64,000 nt of DNA. Source: Flavobacteriaceae bacterium (GTDB lineage Bacteria; Bacteroidota; Bacteroidia; Flavobacteriales; Flavobacteriaceae). Shown in pieces: positions 30,722 through 41,837 of this stretch; within the stretch, counting starts at the first letter, position 1, and each line of letters opens with the position of its first letter. The position numbers and the translations under genes are program-made. The stretch spans positions 4,512 to 68,511 of the forward strand of contig JBMTKF010000003.1 in the NCBI GenBank assembly GCA_049439205.1, in the 5' to 3' direction. The notes below the pieces were generated by a model that was given only the letters and a program-made list of their open reading frames with translations, did not search any database and was not told the DNA's origin.

Positions 30722-32920
30722 TTAGAGGTTAATCCAATAATTGATTTTCAATGTTAGGTTCCAATTTTTGTTGGGTTCCAGCATACGTGTATCACTGCTA
30801 TTAAACACCAAAAAAATATCAGATGCCGGTTTGTATCTCCATTGAAAACGCGAATTAAAATTCCACAACTTCTGTTGCTCGTTGTATTGATAAAGATTGG
30901 AAAAGAAAATATTTTTGGTAAAGGTGAAATTTGATTTTATTCCCAATAGCCAGAATCCATTGGTTCCCCAAGGCTCATCTAGTGTGATGCGGTTGTAGCT
31001 TACCAGTGAGTTTAATTCGATATAGGGTTGAAAACGGTATCCCATTTGACTGAAAAAAAGCCATCTTTTCCCATTTTGGAAATAACCTCCGTAGGAGGAT
31101 TTAAATTCATAGGTGAAAAGACTTTGTGGTTTTGAGTTATATTCCAGATTGCAGGTTTGCCAACTGTGTTCAGTTAAAGCTTGAATACTCTGAATCCCCG
31201 TTCTGATGGGATCAAAGTGGTTTTGCAAAACTACGAATTGATTTTCATAGGAAAGCTTAAATTTACTTCTGTCTTTAAAATTCATTTCATAACCAAAGTC
31301 TGTTCTACTGTCTATTCTTTCTCCATCAAGATTAAAGAATTGAATATTGCCTATAGAGGGGCCGTGGGACAATATTTTGGAAGTTTGTGTTGGGAAAAAT
31401 AAATATTTGAATTCGGTGTCAAATTTGAAATATTTAGTGCGAGGAATGTACCCCACTTCGGCATTGTAGTTTTCACCTACATATTCAGCCTGAAAATACC
31501 CCGTAAAATATTGATTGCTATAGGTTAAGTTGGAAGCAAAAACAGCATCATCTTCTTGAACTCCAGGGCTAAAGGATTTTAAATACATTAACTTTCCGTT
31601 CCAAACATTATCAGCGGAAAAGTAATTGTATTCTAATCCAAAATTTCGGTTGTAATCAGAATAGTTTTCGTTAGGATTCTCCAGTCCACCCAAGAGTTGT
31701 TTATTAACAAAAATCATTCCGATAGAGGACCGATCTAAAACCTTTCTTTGCAAACTAAATACACCAAAATTTTCTGCTGCAAATTTATTTTTACTATCCT
31801 CTTGGGTTTGAATGTCAAGAAGACCAATTCTCCATTTTTCGTCAATATTACCACTAAGTCTAAAGCCCCCTATGATTGGGTTGTCAAGGCCAATTCTTCG
31901 CGAGAAAAAAGGGCGAATGTTGTCATAACCAAAATTGGCAAAAATGTCGGCATTTTCAAGAAAGAATTGTCTTCTTTCAGGAAAGAACAATTCAAATCGA
32001 TCCAGATTAGTTACTTGTTGATCTACCTCAGCCTGAGAAAAATCGGGATTGAGGGTGATATCCAGGTTAAGAGAGGAAGTCAGATTTAGTTTTACATCGG
32101 CACCTGGATTTAACTGATTATTGTTAATATTTTTTTGGGGACTAACAATTTCGCCCGAGAGATAGGGGATAAAGGAAATATTAGATCCTTGAGAGGGAGG
32201 AGGGGTATCCCATGCCAAAACACCCGAGTAGGCCATAGTAATAGATGGAAATTGTCGGGGCACTGGTGTCCAACCAGACTTTTCACTAGCCTTTAGATCC
32301 AGTCGACTAAAACTTATCCCCCAATGATTAAGGTTATCTTTGTAACGTATTGATTTCAGTGGAATAGCCATTTCAGCAATCCATTTTTCATCATCAAAGG
32401 AGACCTGAGAATACCACTTGGTATCCCAGTTCAGGTCGACATTTCGTCCATTGTACATGGTGCCATCCCATTGGGCTCCGTAGGCATTGAGCCCGAAAGC
32501 AAAACCAGTGTTCATATTGTTGAAAGGATCGAGTGCCACCAAAAAATTATCGTTTTTTCCAAAACTAAAATCGCGTTTATATGATTCCACTACATAATCA
32601 CCTCGGATGGTGTTGTTAAAGAAAATTACAGAGATATAGATGTTTTTATTGTCGTAAGTCATCCTAACCTCTGAAGCTTGTGTGGCTGATCTGTCATCAT
32701 GGGGAAGGATCATTGAGAAATTATCAGCTACATCAGCAATCTCCCAAACTTTTTCATTTAACTGTCCGTCTAAAATTATTTCCTCGGTGGTTTTTACAAT
32801 ATTTAGGATGTAATCTTGATTGATCTTTTGCCCCTTAGCGGTTTGAAAAAAAAACTGCAAGAGAAGGGGAATTAAAAATATTTTGTAAGAGAGGAGCAAA
32901 GGCCTATTGATATATGTCAT
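30722..32920 (-). CDS. DUF5916 / CBM9-like domain outer-membrane protein
   Basis: 732 aa, signal peptide. Aromatic/Gly/Asn-rich beta-barrel-like composition ending ...LKINYWINL. The family call is from memory of similar ~730-aa Bacteroidota proteins, so it is tentative. Confidence 0.5.
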   Translation of the reverse strand: MTYINRPLLLSYKIFLIPLLLQFFFQTAKGQKINQDYILNIVKTTEEIILDGQLNEKVWEIADVADNFSMILPHDDRSATQASEVRMTYDNKNIYISVIFFNNTIRGDYVVESYKRDFSFGKNDNFLVALDPFNNMNTGFAFGLNAYGAQWDGTMYNGRNVDLNWDTKWYSQVSFDDEKWIAEMAIPLKSIRYKDNLNHWGISFSRLDLKASEKSGWTPVPRQFPSITMAYSGVLAWDTPPPSQGSNISFIPYLSGEIVSPQKNINNNQLNPGADVKLNLTSSLNLDITLNPDFSQAEVDQQVTNLDRFELFFPERRQFFLENADIFANFGYDNIRPFFSRRIGLDNPIIGGFRLSGNIDEKWRIGLLDIQTQEDSKNKFAAENFGVFSLQRKVLDRSSIGMIFVNKQLLGGLENPNENYSDYNRNFGLEYNYFSADNVWNGKLMYLKSFSPGVQEDDAVFASNLTYSNQYFTGYFQAEYVGENYNAEVGYIPRTKYFKFDTEFKYLFFPTQTSKILSHGPSIGNIQFFNLDGERIDSRTDFGYEMNFKDRSKFKLSYENQFVVLQNHFDPIRTGIQSIQALTEHSWQTCNLEYNSKPQSLFTYEFKSSYGGYFQNGKRWLFFSQMGYRFQPYIELNSLVSYNRITLDEPWGTNGFWLLGIKSNFTFTKNIFFSNLYQYNEQQKLWNFNSRFQWRYKPASDIFLVFNSSDTRMLEPNKNWNLTLKINYWINL

Positions 32921-33665
32921 CGAGTTCGGTATTACATATATCTTGAATCAATTCACTAATCTTGTCTGTTACATCATTAAAAAATTTTTTCCCTTTTTCG
33001 GGGTTTGATTTTTTGGGGTTACCCACTCCAGTATCATTAGTAACTAATGACCATTTTCTTTCTGTCCATGCCCATTTTTCTCGAAATCCTTTAATCTGAT
33101 TTTTCTTTTCAAGACCGATTCCAGCCTCTGAAAGCGGTAAGACAAATTCGGGATGAATATGCATCATTATACTTGTTTCCATTTCGTCGGCATGATCCCC
33201 CTCCTCCTCAAAGTATTGAGATTTATCCAAGGCATGAAACCAATTACAACTACTGAGCCACATTTCGGGAAAATCCAGGCCTAACTCTCTTAACATTGTT
33301 TTAAAATTATTTCCACCATGACTATTGAGAATCAAAAATTTCTTAATTCCCTGGCGGTCAAGCACGGTCAAAACGTCTTTGAGTATCGCCATTTGGGTTG
33401 AGGGACTCATATTTATATCTAAATAAATATCTGTCTGACCAGTATTAACACCAAAGGGAATGGTTGGCAAAATCAACACTTTTGACCCTTTTTCCCATGC
33501 TTTTTTTCCTGATTCGGCAGCTATGGCATTGGCCTCATAGATATCAGTACCATATGGTAAATGGTAGTTGTGTGCCTCTGTTGCTCCCCAAGGAATAATT
33601 GCTAAATCAAAACGCTCTGTTTTTAAATCTTTCCATGTACGCTCTATCAATATATAGGGTCTCAT
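32904..33665 (-). CDS. Creatininase-family amidohydrolase
   Basis: 253 aa. WGATEAHNYHLPYGTD and NSHGGN metal-binding motifs of the creatininase family. 17-nt overlap with the downstream gene. Confidence 0.8.
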   Translation of the reverse strand: MRPYILIERTWKDLKTERFDLAIIPWGATEAHNYHLPYGTDIYEANAIAAESGKKAWEKGSKVLILPTIPFGVNTGQTDIYLDINMSPSTQMAILKDVLTVLDRQGIKKFLILNSHGGNNFKTMLRELGLDFPEMWLSSCNWFHALDKSQYFEEEGDHADEMETSIMMHIHPEFVLPLSEAGIGLEKKNQIKGFREKWAWTERKWSLVTNDTGVGNPKKSNPEKGKKFFNDVTDKISELIQDICNTELDDIYQ

Positions 33666-33938
33666 AAAGATGATATTGTATTTAATTATTTGTATTGTCT
33701 CAAAATTACAGATAATGTTTGCTAATCTTAAAAATATTGATTTAGGTCGTAGTTTTTTTAATTTTATTAAGACATTTATAAAATTTCATAAATCGGTAGC
33801 TATTTGAGAAGGTGCTGTTTTTTTGCGGACTCTCAGAGTATGACAATCTAAGTGTATGAAGCAATCGATTTCATTGCTAAAGTAATCAACTATAAGTAGT
33901 TGGAAAGAGGAGGCTGGTTCGGATGAGTTGAGTTTTAT

Positions 33939-34664
33939 TTACTTGTGAAAATAAACTTCTTCAAAAGGAACCCTGAAGCGAGGCCCATAAACCCCTTGTG
34001 GCGTCCGAATACCACAACCAATAATCATGCTTATCTGTGCAGTTTTAGGTAAGCCTAATATTTTTTTTACCCGAAGGGAATCAAAGCCTTCCATAGTGCA
34101 GGTATCATAACCAAAACCCGCCATACTCACTAAAAAATTTTGAGCAGCCAAGGCGGTACTTTTATGGGCAACTACGCGCATGTCTGACTTTTTCACCTGA
34201 CGATAAACCACCTTTTTTATTCCTTTGATATGGGTAGCAACACTATTTAACCATCCACCCAAATTCCCGACACCATATATTTTGGGGAGTATTTTTTGGT
34301 AATATGAAATTGCTGATTTTATCTTTTTGGGATCTTTATTATTAGACTTTTCGTACTCAGATTTGATAAAATCTACATTGGAGGCAATCCTTTTTTTCCA
34401 GAGGTCTTTCCTCACTACGGGAATCACGAACTGCTTGGCGGTTTTCGCTGCAGGTTGGTTAAAGCAAGCGGTTACAATTTTTTTTATTATTTCTGCATCG
34501 GTAATGTGATAAAACTCCCAAAGTTGTAGATTGCTGCTATTGGGGGCAAGTGCTCCCTGTTCAATGCATCTTTTGACGATATCGGGATCTATATCTTTTT
34601 TTTCATCAAAAACCCTTACAGACCGTCGATATAAAATGGCTTCGCTTACTTTCTTTTCAGACAT
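33939..34664 (-). CDS. Nitroreductase-family protein
   Basis: 241 aa. RRSVRVF N-terminal motif and overall nitroreductase-fold pattern. 1-nt overlap with the upstream ALDH gene. Confidence 0.75.
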   Translation of the reverse strand: MSEKKVSEAILYRRSVRVFDEKKDIDPDIVKRCIEQGALAPNSSNLQLWEFYHITDAEIIKKIVTACFNQPAAKTAKQFVIPVVRKDLWKKRIASNVDFIKSEYEKSNNKDPKKIKSAISYYQKILPKIYGVGNLGGWLNSVATHIKGIKKVVYRQVKKSDMRVVAHKSTALAAQNFLVSMAGFGYDTCTMEGFDSLRVKKILGLPKTAQISMIIGCGIRTPQGVYGPRFRVPFEEVYFHK

Positions 34665-36055
34665 TAAAGATTTTTTAATAAAAATTTTAACAAAGATAAG
34701 GACTTTGGATAAGGAGCATAGCGCCCTGGAAGATCAAACCAAAAAGATCGTTTTATAATGGGTTTTTCATGGGTGAAATTTTTAAAACTGTATTTTCCAT
34801 GATAGGCTCCTATTCCACTGTGACCAACCCCGCCAAAAGGTAGATTGTCATTTGCGAATTGTATAATGGAATCGTTGGCCACTCCACCTCCAAAGGAATA
34901 GCGATGAAAGAGTTTGTTGATGAATTTTTTTCTTTTAGAAAAGACATAGAAAGCTAATGGACGTTCTCTTTTTTTCAGTATGTTATGAATATCTTCTTCC
35001 TCTTTGTAGCCAGTGATTGGTAGAATGGGGCCAAAAATTTCCTCTTGCATCAGTTCACTCTCTAAAGGGGGATTTTCTATCAGTGTAGGGCCAAAAAATA
35101 ATTTTTTTTCGTCCATTTGTCCACCATAAACAAGCTTTTGGTTTTGGAGTGATTTTTTAAGTTTATTGAAGTGTTTTTGGTGAACGATCCTACCATAGTC
35201 AGTTGAATCTTGCTGGTTTTTTCCAAAAGATTTTTCAATATGTAAGATTATTTCTTGGATCAACTTATCTTTAATGTTTTCGTGAACCAAAAGGTAATCC
35301 GGTGCGATACAAGTCTGCCCACAGTTGAGGAATTTGCCCCATACCAATCTTTTTGCGGTGATGCTAACGGGCGCTGTTTCATCGACTATGCAAGGACTTT
35401 TTCCGCCTAGCTCCAAGGTAGTGGGAGTGAGATATTCAGCTGCGGCTTTGGCTACGATTTTACCAACTACCGTACTTCCTGTAAACATGATGTAATCCCA
35501 TTGTTTTTTCAGAAGTGTAGTAGCGGTGGAGGCATCTCCTTCAATTACTGCCACATGTTCCTCGTCAAAAACTGCTTCTATGATAGAATGTATTATGCTT
35601 GCTGTATGGGGGGCAAACTCTGATGGTTTTAAAACAACAGTATTACCTGCTGCAACAGCACCTACTAAGGGGGTCACAGACAGCTGGAAAGGATAATTCC
35701 AGGGGCTTATGATCAAGGTTTTTCCATAAGGTTCAGGTACTATGTAGTCTTTAGAGGGGAAATTAATCAAGCTGCTTTTGGCTCGATGAGGTCTGTTCCA
35801 CAGTGGTAGCATCTTAATCATTTTGGCAATCTCCTTCTCAACCAAAACCGTTTCAGAAGCCATTGACTCAAAGCCCGATTTACTCAAGTCATTTTTTAGG
35901 GCTTCATAAATGTCTTTTTCCCTTTTACCTAATTCTTTTTGCAAAGCCTTTAGCTTTTTGATCCTAAAGGCGTTAGGTAGGGTTATTTGAGAGTCAAAAA
36001 ATACTTTTTGCTTTTGATACAAATTATCAATCGCTTTAGAAGTTTTATATTTCAT
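34664..36055 (-). CDS. Aldehyde dehydrogenase (ALDH3-like)
   Basis: 463 aa. ELGGKSP and catalytic-Cys motif FLNCGQTCIAPDY. Confidence 0.9.
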   Translation of the reverse strand: MKYKTSKAIDNLYQKQKVFFDSQITLPNAFRIKKLKALQKELGKREKDIYEALKNDLSKSGFESMASETVLVEKEIAKMIKMLPLWNRPHRAKSSLINFPSKDYIVPEPYGKTLIISPWNYPFQLSVTPLVGAVAAGNTVVLKPSEFAPHTASIIHSIIEAVFDEEHVAVIEGDASTATTLLKKQWDYIMFTGSTVVGKIVAKAAAEYLTPTTLELGGKSPCIVDETAPVSITAKRLVWGKFLNCGQTCIAPDYLLVHENIKDKLIQEIILHIEKSFGKNQQDSTDYGRIVHQKHFNKLKKSLQNQKLVYGGQMDEKKLFFGPTLIENPPLESELMQEEIFGPILPITGYKEEEDIHNILKKRERPLAFYVFSKRKKFINKLFHRYSFGGGVANDSIIQFANDNLPFGGVGHSGIGAYHGKYSFKNFTHEKPIIKRSFWFDLPGRYAPYPKSLSLLKFLLKNL

Positions 36056-36098
36056 TGTTTGGTATTTTTAGACTTCTATTTTATAAATATAACTTAAA

Positions 36099-36106
36099 TA
36101 GATTTG
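36099..36106 (+). promoter_or_regulatory. Candidate -7 promoter box (TAGATTTG) for the ilv operon
   Basis: Exact TAnnTTTG match ~160 nt upstream of the ilvD ATG. No clear TTG at -33. Confidence 0.3.
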
Positions 36107-36265
36107 TTTTTATTTTTTCTTGGTTTGAATGTATCATTAAACATCTTTTAAATATTTGATAATCATATCATTATAATGATTTGAATTAATTTGGGTATAG
36201 TGTAAAACAGTTGAAAAATTATGGCCAACGGTTGTTAGCCATTAAATTAGTATCAAATTTGAAAC

Positions 36266-37939
36266 ATGGCGCTTAATAAATTCAGTCAACGTGTTACACA
36301 AGATCCTACTCAGCCTGCGGCCCAAGCCATGCTTCATGCCATCGGCATGACAGATGAGGATTTTGAAAAACCGTTGATAGGTATTGCCAGTACAGGTTAC
36401 GAGGGTAACCCGTGTAATATGCACCTCAATGAGCTTTCAGTTCATGTCAAGGAAGGTATTGCGCCCTACCAAATGTTGGGTTTGATTTTCAATACCATTG
36501 GCGTGAGTGACGGAATTTCCATGGGGACTCCAGGTATGCGATTTTCTCTCCCTTCGCGAGATGTTATTGCTGATTCGGTTGAGACCGTCGTTCAGGCCAT
36601 GTCATATGATGGAGTAGTCACCGTAGTGGGTTGCGACAAAAATATGCCAGGTGCATTGATGGGGATGTTACGACTTAACCGTCCAAGTATATTAGTATAC
36701 GGAGGAACCATTGCCTCGGGATGTGTCAGAGATAAAGAATTGGATGTTGTTTCTGCTTTTGAGGCTTGGGGAGAAAAAGTAGCCGGTAAAATAGATGAAA
36801 ACGAATATAAAAAGGTAATTCGAAATGCGTGCCCCGGGGCTGGAGCATGCGGAGGAATGTATACTGCAAATACTATGGCTTCCGCCATTGAAGCTTTGGG
36901 GATGTCATTACCCTACAGTTCATCAAACCCGGCTGTCAGTCAAGAAAAAATAGAAGATTGTAAAGCCGTAGGTTCAGCTATGAGGAAACTAATAGAAATA
37001 GATCTAAAGCCATTGGACATAGTTACCAAAAATTCTCTTGAAAACGCTTTACGTTTAATATCTGTACTGGGAGGATCTACCAATGCTGTTTTACATTTTT
37101 TGGCCATCGCACATGCTGCGGGTATTGACTTGTCCATAGATGATTTTCAAAAGATCAGTGATACAACTCCTTTTCTAGCCGACCTCAAACCAAGTGGTAA
37201 ATATTTAATGAAAGACCTTCATGCTATCGGAGGTATCCCTGCTGTATTGAAATTTATGCTTGGAAATGGGATGCTTCACGGTGATTGTATTACAATTACA
37301 GGTAAAACCTTGGCCGAAAATCTATCAGAAGTTTCCCCTTTAAAAGCGGGTCAAGACTTGATAAGACCTCTTGAAAATCCGATCAAACCCACCGGACATA
37401 TTAGAATCCTTAAAGGAAACTTAGCAACATTAGGGTCAGTAGCTAAGATAACTGGAAAAGAAGGTTTGAAGTTTGTTGGCCCTGCAAGAGTTTTTGATGG
37501 TGAATATGATGCTAACGCTGGAATAGGAGCCGGAAAAGTTAAAAAAGGAGATGTAGTGGTGATCCGTTACGAGGGGCCAAAAGGTGGTCCTGGAATGCCT
37601 GAAATGTTAAAACCAACAGCTGCCATTATGGGTGCAGGATTGGGAAAAGATGTCGCTTTGATTACTGATGGAAGGTTTTCAGGAGGAACCCACGGTTTTG
37701 TAGTAGGACATATAGTTCCAGAGGCTCAAGAGGGAGGAGTAATTGGTTTATTGAAAGACGGTGACATCATCACTATTGATGCTGAAACCAACACCTTGAG
37801 TGTGAATTTATCAGATAAAGAAATTGAGAACAGAAAAAAAAATTGGGTACAACCTCCATATAAGTTTTCTAAGGGGGTTTTACACAAATATATAAAAACT
37901 GTGTCCACTGCCTCAGAAGGTTGTGTCACCGATAATTAA
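36266..37939 (+). CDS. ilvD: Dihydroxy-acid dehydratase
   Basis: 557 aa. CDKNMPG and the SLPSRD..ADS region are typical of IlvD. Confidence 0.97.
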   Translation: MALNKFSQRVTQDPTQPAAQAMLHAIGMTDEDFEKPLIGIASTGYEGNPCNMHLNELSVHVKEGIAPYQMLGLIFNTIGVSDGISMGTPGMRFSLPSRDVIADSVETVVQAMSYDGVVTVVGCDKNMPGALMGMLRLNRPSILVYGGTIASGCVRDKELDVVSAFEAWGEKVAGKIDENEYKKVIRNACPGAGACGGMYTANTMASAIEALGMSLPYSSSNPAVSQEKIEDCKAVGSAMRKLIEIDLKPLDIVTKNSLENALRLISVLGGSTNAVLHFLAIAHAAGIDLSIDDFQKISDTTPFLADLKPSGKYLMKDLHAIGGIPAVLKFMLGNGMLHGDCITITGKTLAENLSEVSPLKAGQDLIRPLENPIKPTGHIRILKGNLATLGSVAKITGKEGLKFVGPARVFDGEYDANAGIGAGKVKKGDVVVIRYEGPKGGPGMPEMLKPTAAIMGAGLGKDVALITDGRFSGGTHGFVVGHIVPEAQEGGVIGLLKDGDIITIDAETNTLSVNLSDKEIENRKKNWVQPPYKFSKGVLHKYIKTVSTASEGCVTDN

Positions 37940-37943
37940 TCAA

Positions 37944-39677
37944 ATGAAAACAAAGGATCAAATTGCCTTACAAGAGGTAGTAACAAAAAGTATCAAAATT
38001 AGTGGCGCCGAAGCCGTGATTAGATGTTTATTGGCCGAGGGTATTGACTTGATTTACGGTTACCCCGGTGGAGCTATTATGCCCGTTTACGATGAATTGT
38101 ACAAGTTTCAGGATCAATTGAATCATGTGTTGACTCGTCATGAACAGGGGGCAACACATGCGGCACAAGGCTATGCGAGAACTTCTGGAAAAGTCGGAGT
38201 CGCCATCGCAACCTCAGGTCCGGGGGCTACAAATCTTGTAACAGGAATTGCCGATGCACAAATCGACTCTACTCCTATGGTTTGTATAACAGGACAGGTG
38301 GGATCTCATCTTTTGGGTTCCGATGCTTTTCAAGAAACTGACATTATTGGTATTTCCACTCCAGTGACTAAATGGAATTATCAAATCACAAATGCTGATG
38401 AAATTCCTGAAATTTTTGCTAAAGCTTTTTACATTGCCAAATCAGGTAGACCAGGTCCCGTTTTGATCGACATTACAAAAAATGCTCAGTTTGAAACTCT
38501 GGATTTTAATTATCAAAAATGTACAGGGGTAAGAAGTTATAAACCAGCTCCCGCTTTGGATACTCAAGCTGTTACCCAAGCAGCTGAAATGATTAACAAT
38601 GCAAAAAAACCTTTTATTGTTTGGGGTCAGGGGGTCATTTTGGGCGGAGCTGAGGACGAATTCAAAACCTTTGTGGAAAAGTCCGGTATTCCTGCCGCAT
38701 GGACTATTTTGGGACTATCTGCACTTCCAACAGCTCATCCACTTAATGTAGGTATGGTGGGGATGCATGGAAATTACGGACCCAATTTGTTGACAAACGA
38801 ATGTGATCTTTTAATTGCGATTGGAATGCGATTCGATGACCGTGTAACAGGAAATTTAGATACTTACGCCAAACAAGCCAAGATTATTCATTTTGAGATT
38901 GATCCTGCTGAAATAAATAAAAATGTTAAGGTCGATATACCTTTACTTGGAGATTGCAAAGAGAGTTTGCGTAGCTTGATCCCTTTGATTCAGAAAAAAT
39001 CCCATAACCAATGGATAGATCGTTTTGATGAATTGATGAAAGTGGAGGTCAAAGAAGTCATAGATAAGGATTTATATCCCCAAAAAGAGGGTTTGACAAT
39101 GGGTGAAGTCATTGTTTCCATTAACAAACATACCCGAGGGGATGCTGTTTTGGTGACTGATGTAGGACAACACCAAATGGTGGCTTGTAGATATACAGAT
39201 TTTGTTCGTTCAAGAAGTAATGTCACTTCAGGTGGACTAGGAACAATGGGTTTTGCGCTTCCAGCAGCCCTAGGGGCTAAAATGGGGGCTCCCGAAAGAG
39301 AGGTTGTGGCTGTGATCGGCGATGGGGGATACCAGATGACAATTCAAGAATTGGGAACTATTTTTCAAACTCAAGCTGCTGTGAAAATTGTAGTTTTAAA
39401 CAATGAGTTTTTGGGGATGGTAAGGCAGTGGCAACAATTATTTTTTGATAAACGTTATGCCTCTACAGAGATGGTAAATCCTGATTTTATAACAATTGCA
39501 AAAGGGTATTATTTGGATGCTAAGAAAGTTGATAAAAGAGAAAATCTTGACGCTGCAGTGGCCGAAATGATTGCCTCTGACAAACCTTATTTCCTTGAGG
39601 TATGTGTTGAAAAAGAGGACAATGTTTTTCCTATGATTCCGACTGGAGCATCGGTTTCTGACATACGTCTTAAATAA
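37944..39677 (+). CDS. ilvB: Acetolactate synthase large subunit
   Basis: The ORF track starts at GTG 37923, inside the ilvD end; the first ATG is 37944 (MKTKDQ..). ThDP motif GDGGYQM...NN. Confidence 0.95.
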   Translation: MKTKDQIALQEVVTKSIKISGAEAVIRCLLAEGIDLIYGYPGGAIMPVYDELYKFQDQLNHVLTRHEQGATHAAQGYARTSGKVGVAIATSGPGATNLVTGIADAQIDSTPMVCITGQVGSHLLGSDAFQETDIIGISTPVTKWNYQITNADEIPEIFAKAFYIAKSGRPGPVLIDITKNAQFETLDFNYQKCTGVRSYKPAPALDTQAVTQAAEMINNAKKPFIVWGQGVILGGAEDEFKTFVEKSGIPAAWTILGLSALPTAHPLNVGMVGMHGNYGPNLLTNECDLLIAIGMRFDDRVTGNLDTYAKQAKIIHFEIDPAEINKNVKVDIPLLGDCKESLRSLIPLIQKKSHNQWIDRFDELMKVEVKEVIDKDLYPQKEGLTMGEVIVSINKHTRGDAVLVTDVGQHQMVACRYTDFVRSRSNVTSGGLGTMGFALPAALGAKMGAPEREVVAVIGDGGYQMTIQELGTIFQTQAAVKIVVLNNEFLGMVRQWQQLFFDKRYASTEMVNPDFITIAKGYYLDAKKVDKRENLDAAVAEMIASDKPYFLEVCVEKEDNVFPMIPTGASVSDIRLK

Positions 39678-39688
39678 TTGTAATCAAA

Positions 39689-40216
39689 ATGGAGAAAACT
39701 TTTACCATTTCGATCTATTCTGAGAACAACGTTGGCTTGTTAAATCGCATCTCATCAATTTTTTTGAAGCGTCATATAAATATTGAAAGTTTGACAACTT
39801 CACAGTCCGAAATCAAAGACGTTTTCAGGTTCATTATCATTGTTAAACTACAAGAGGAAGGTGTAAAAAAACTTATCAAGCAAATTGAAAAACAGGTCGA
39901 TGTTATCAAAGCTTTTTATCATACCGATGAAGAAACTATTTTTCAAGAAAGTGCTCTATATAAAGTAAAGTCAAGTGCTTTATTTGAAGAAAGACACATT
40001 CAAAACATTATTAAAGAATCACATGCCAATATAGTTACAGTTTCACCAGAGTATTTCGTTATAGAAAAAACAGGATTCCGAAACGAAACTGACCGTTTGT
40101 ATCAAGATTTAGCTCCTTTTGGATTGCTTCAATTTGTTCGATCAGGACGTATCTCAGTTACAAAATCTAAAATGGGCATCAGCGAAATCCTTAAAAAATT
40201 TAAATCAGATAATTAA
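39689..40216 (+). CDS. ilvN: Acetolactate synthase small (regulatory) subunit
   Basis: 175 aa. ACT-domain start ISIYSENNVGLLNRISSIF. Confidence 0.9.
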   Translation: MEKTFTISIYSENNVGLLNRISSIFLKRHINIESLTTSQSEIKDVFRFIIIVKLQEEGVKKLIKQIEKQVDVIKAFYHTDEETIFQESALYKVKSSALFEERHIQNIIKESHANIVTVSPEYFVIEKTGFRNETDRLYQDLAPFGLLQFVRSGRISVTKSKMGISEILKKFKSDN

Positions 40217-40234
40217 CATAAACCCATCATCATA

Positions 40235-41710
40235 ATGGCAAATTATTTTAATCAACTTTCACTAGCAGATAAATTATACCAACTCGGACAATGTCGTTTC
40301 ATGGATCAATCGGAATTTGAACTAGGTGTTAACGCACTCAAAGGGAAAAAAATCGTGATCGTGGGATGTGGAGCTCAAGGGCTCAACCAAGGTCTCAACA
40401 TGCGCGATTCTGGATTGGACATCAGCTATACTTTGCGCCAAGGAGCCATTGACCAAAAAAGAGCTTCCTACCAAAATGCTGTTGACAACAATTTTAATGT
40501 TGGTAACTACGAAGAGATGGTTCCAACAGCCGATGTTGTAATAAATCTCACTCCCGATAAGAATCACAGTTCGGTGATCGAAGTTGTTGTCCCACTGATG
40601 AAAAAAGGTGCAACACTTTCTTACTCACATGGCTTTAACATTGTAGAGGAGGGAATGACCGTTAGAAAAGATTTGACTGTTATTATGGTTGCACCCAAAT
40701 GTCCAGGGTCTGAAGTAAGAGAAGAATTTTTGAGAGGATTTGGTGTTCCCACATTGATCGCTGTTCACCCCGAAAATAATCCCTATGGACATGGGTTGGA
40801 ATATGCAAAGGCATATGCTGTTGCGACAGGAGGACATAGAGCAGGAGTATTAGAGTCCTCTTTTGTGGCCGAGGTAAAATCTGATTTGATGGGAGAGCAA
40901 ACCATACTGTGTGGTGTATTACAAACTGGTTCTATTTTAAGTTTTGATAAAATGGTTGAGAAAGGAGTCGACCCTGGGTATGCAGCCAAATTGATTCAAT
41001 ATGGGTGGGAGACTATTACTGAGGCCCTAAAGCATGGTGGAATTACCAATATGATGGATCGTCTCTCAAATCCAGCAAAAATTAAAGCTTTTGAACTTTC
41101 CGAAACCCTTAAAGAAATCCTTACGCCATTATTTCAAAAGCATATGGATGATATTATGTCTGGATATTTTTCCAAAACCATGATGGAGGATTGGGCCAAT
41201 GACGATAAAAATCTTCTCGAATGGAGAGCTGCTACTGGGGAAACTGCTTTTGAAAAAACTACCATTACTGATAAAGAAATTCCTGAACAAGAATATTTTG
41301 ACCACGGAGTTTTGATGGTTGCCTTTGTTCGTGCTGGAGTAGAGTTGGCCTTTGACACCATGGTGGCCTCAGGGATTAAAGAAGAGTCTGCTTACTATGA
41401 ATCACTTCACGAAACTCCCCTAATCGCCAATACCATAGCGCGTAAAAAATTGTTTGAAATGAACCGTGTCATATCAGACACAGCTGAGTATGGATGTTAT
41501 CTGTTTGATCATGCCGCAAAACCTTTATTGGTTGATTTTATGAAAGGCATTGATACTGATGTTATAGGAAAATCTTTTGCTGAGGGGAAAGGAAACAGCG
41601 TCGACAATCGCAAATTAATCGATGTAAATGAAATTATTCGTTATCATCCTGTAGAGCTCATCGGCTATGAACTTAGAGAGTCTATGACCGAAATGAAAAA
41701 GATCGTCTAA
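40235..41710 (+). CDS. ilvC: Ketol-acid reductoisomerase (long, class II-type)
   Basis: 491 aa. VGCGAQG Rossmann motif, with the duplicated knotted domain length seen in E. coli-type IlvC. Confidence 0.97.
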   Translation: MANYFNQLSLADKLYQLGQCRFMDQSEFELGVNALKGKKIVIVGCGAQGLNQGLNMRDSGLDISYTLRQGAIDQKRASYQNAVDNNFNVGNYEEMVPTADVVINLTPDKNHSSVIEVVVPLMKKGATLSYSHGFNIVEEGMTVRKDLTVIMVAPKCPGSEVREEFLRGFGVPTLIAVHPENNPYGHGLEYAKAYAVATGGHRAGVLESSFVAEVKSDLMGEQTILCGVLQTGSILSFDKMVEKGVDPGYAAKLIQYGWETITEALKHGGITNMMDRLSNPAKIKAFELSETLKEILTPLFQKHMDDIMSGYFSKTMMEDWANDDKNLLEWRAATGETAFEKTTITDKEIPEQEYFDHGVLMVAFVRAGVELAFDTMVASGIKEESAYYESLHETPLIANTIARKKLFEMNRVISDTAEYGCYLFDHAAKPLLVDFMKGIDTDVIGKSFAEGKGNSVDNRKLIDVNEIIRYHPVELIGYELRESMTEMKKIV

Positions 41711-41798
41711 TACGATAAAACTTCGTTTATTATCATTAAAAGCTAATTTTTTAGGGGTTGTCAGGATTAATATTTCATTGCCTTTGACTAAAATTGTT

Positions 41799-41806
41799 TA
41801 ACTTTG
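41799..41806 (+). promoter_or_regulatory. Candidate promoter: -7 box TAACTTTG with TTG at 41778-41780
   Basis: Exact TAnnTTTG 32 nt upstream of the GapN-like ATG. TTG lies 18 nt upstream of the TA. Confidence 0.35.
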
Positions 41807-41837
41807 TCTGATAAAAATAAAACAAAACTATAATATA

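Noticed and set aside
36221-36242. Hairpin ATGGCcAACggttGTTaGCCAT just upstream of ilvD, considered as a leader-peptide attenuator for the ilv operon.
   Set aside because: There is no Ile/Val/Leu-rich leader ORF in the ~150-nt leader (only MYH*, MI*, MANGC*), no U-tract after the hairpin, and no alternative pairing that I could find.
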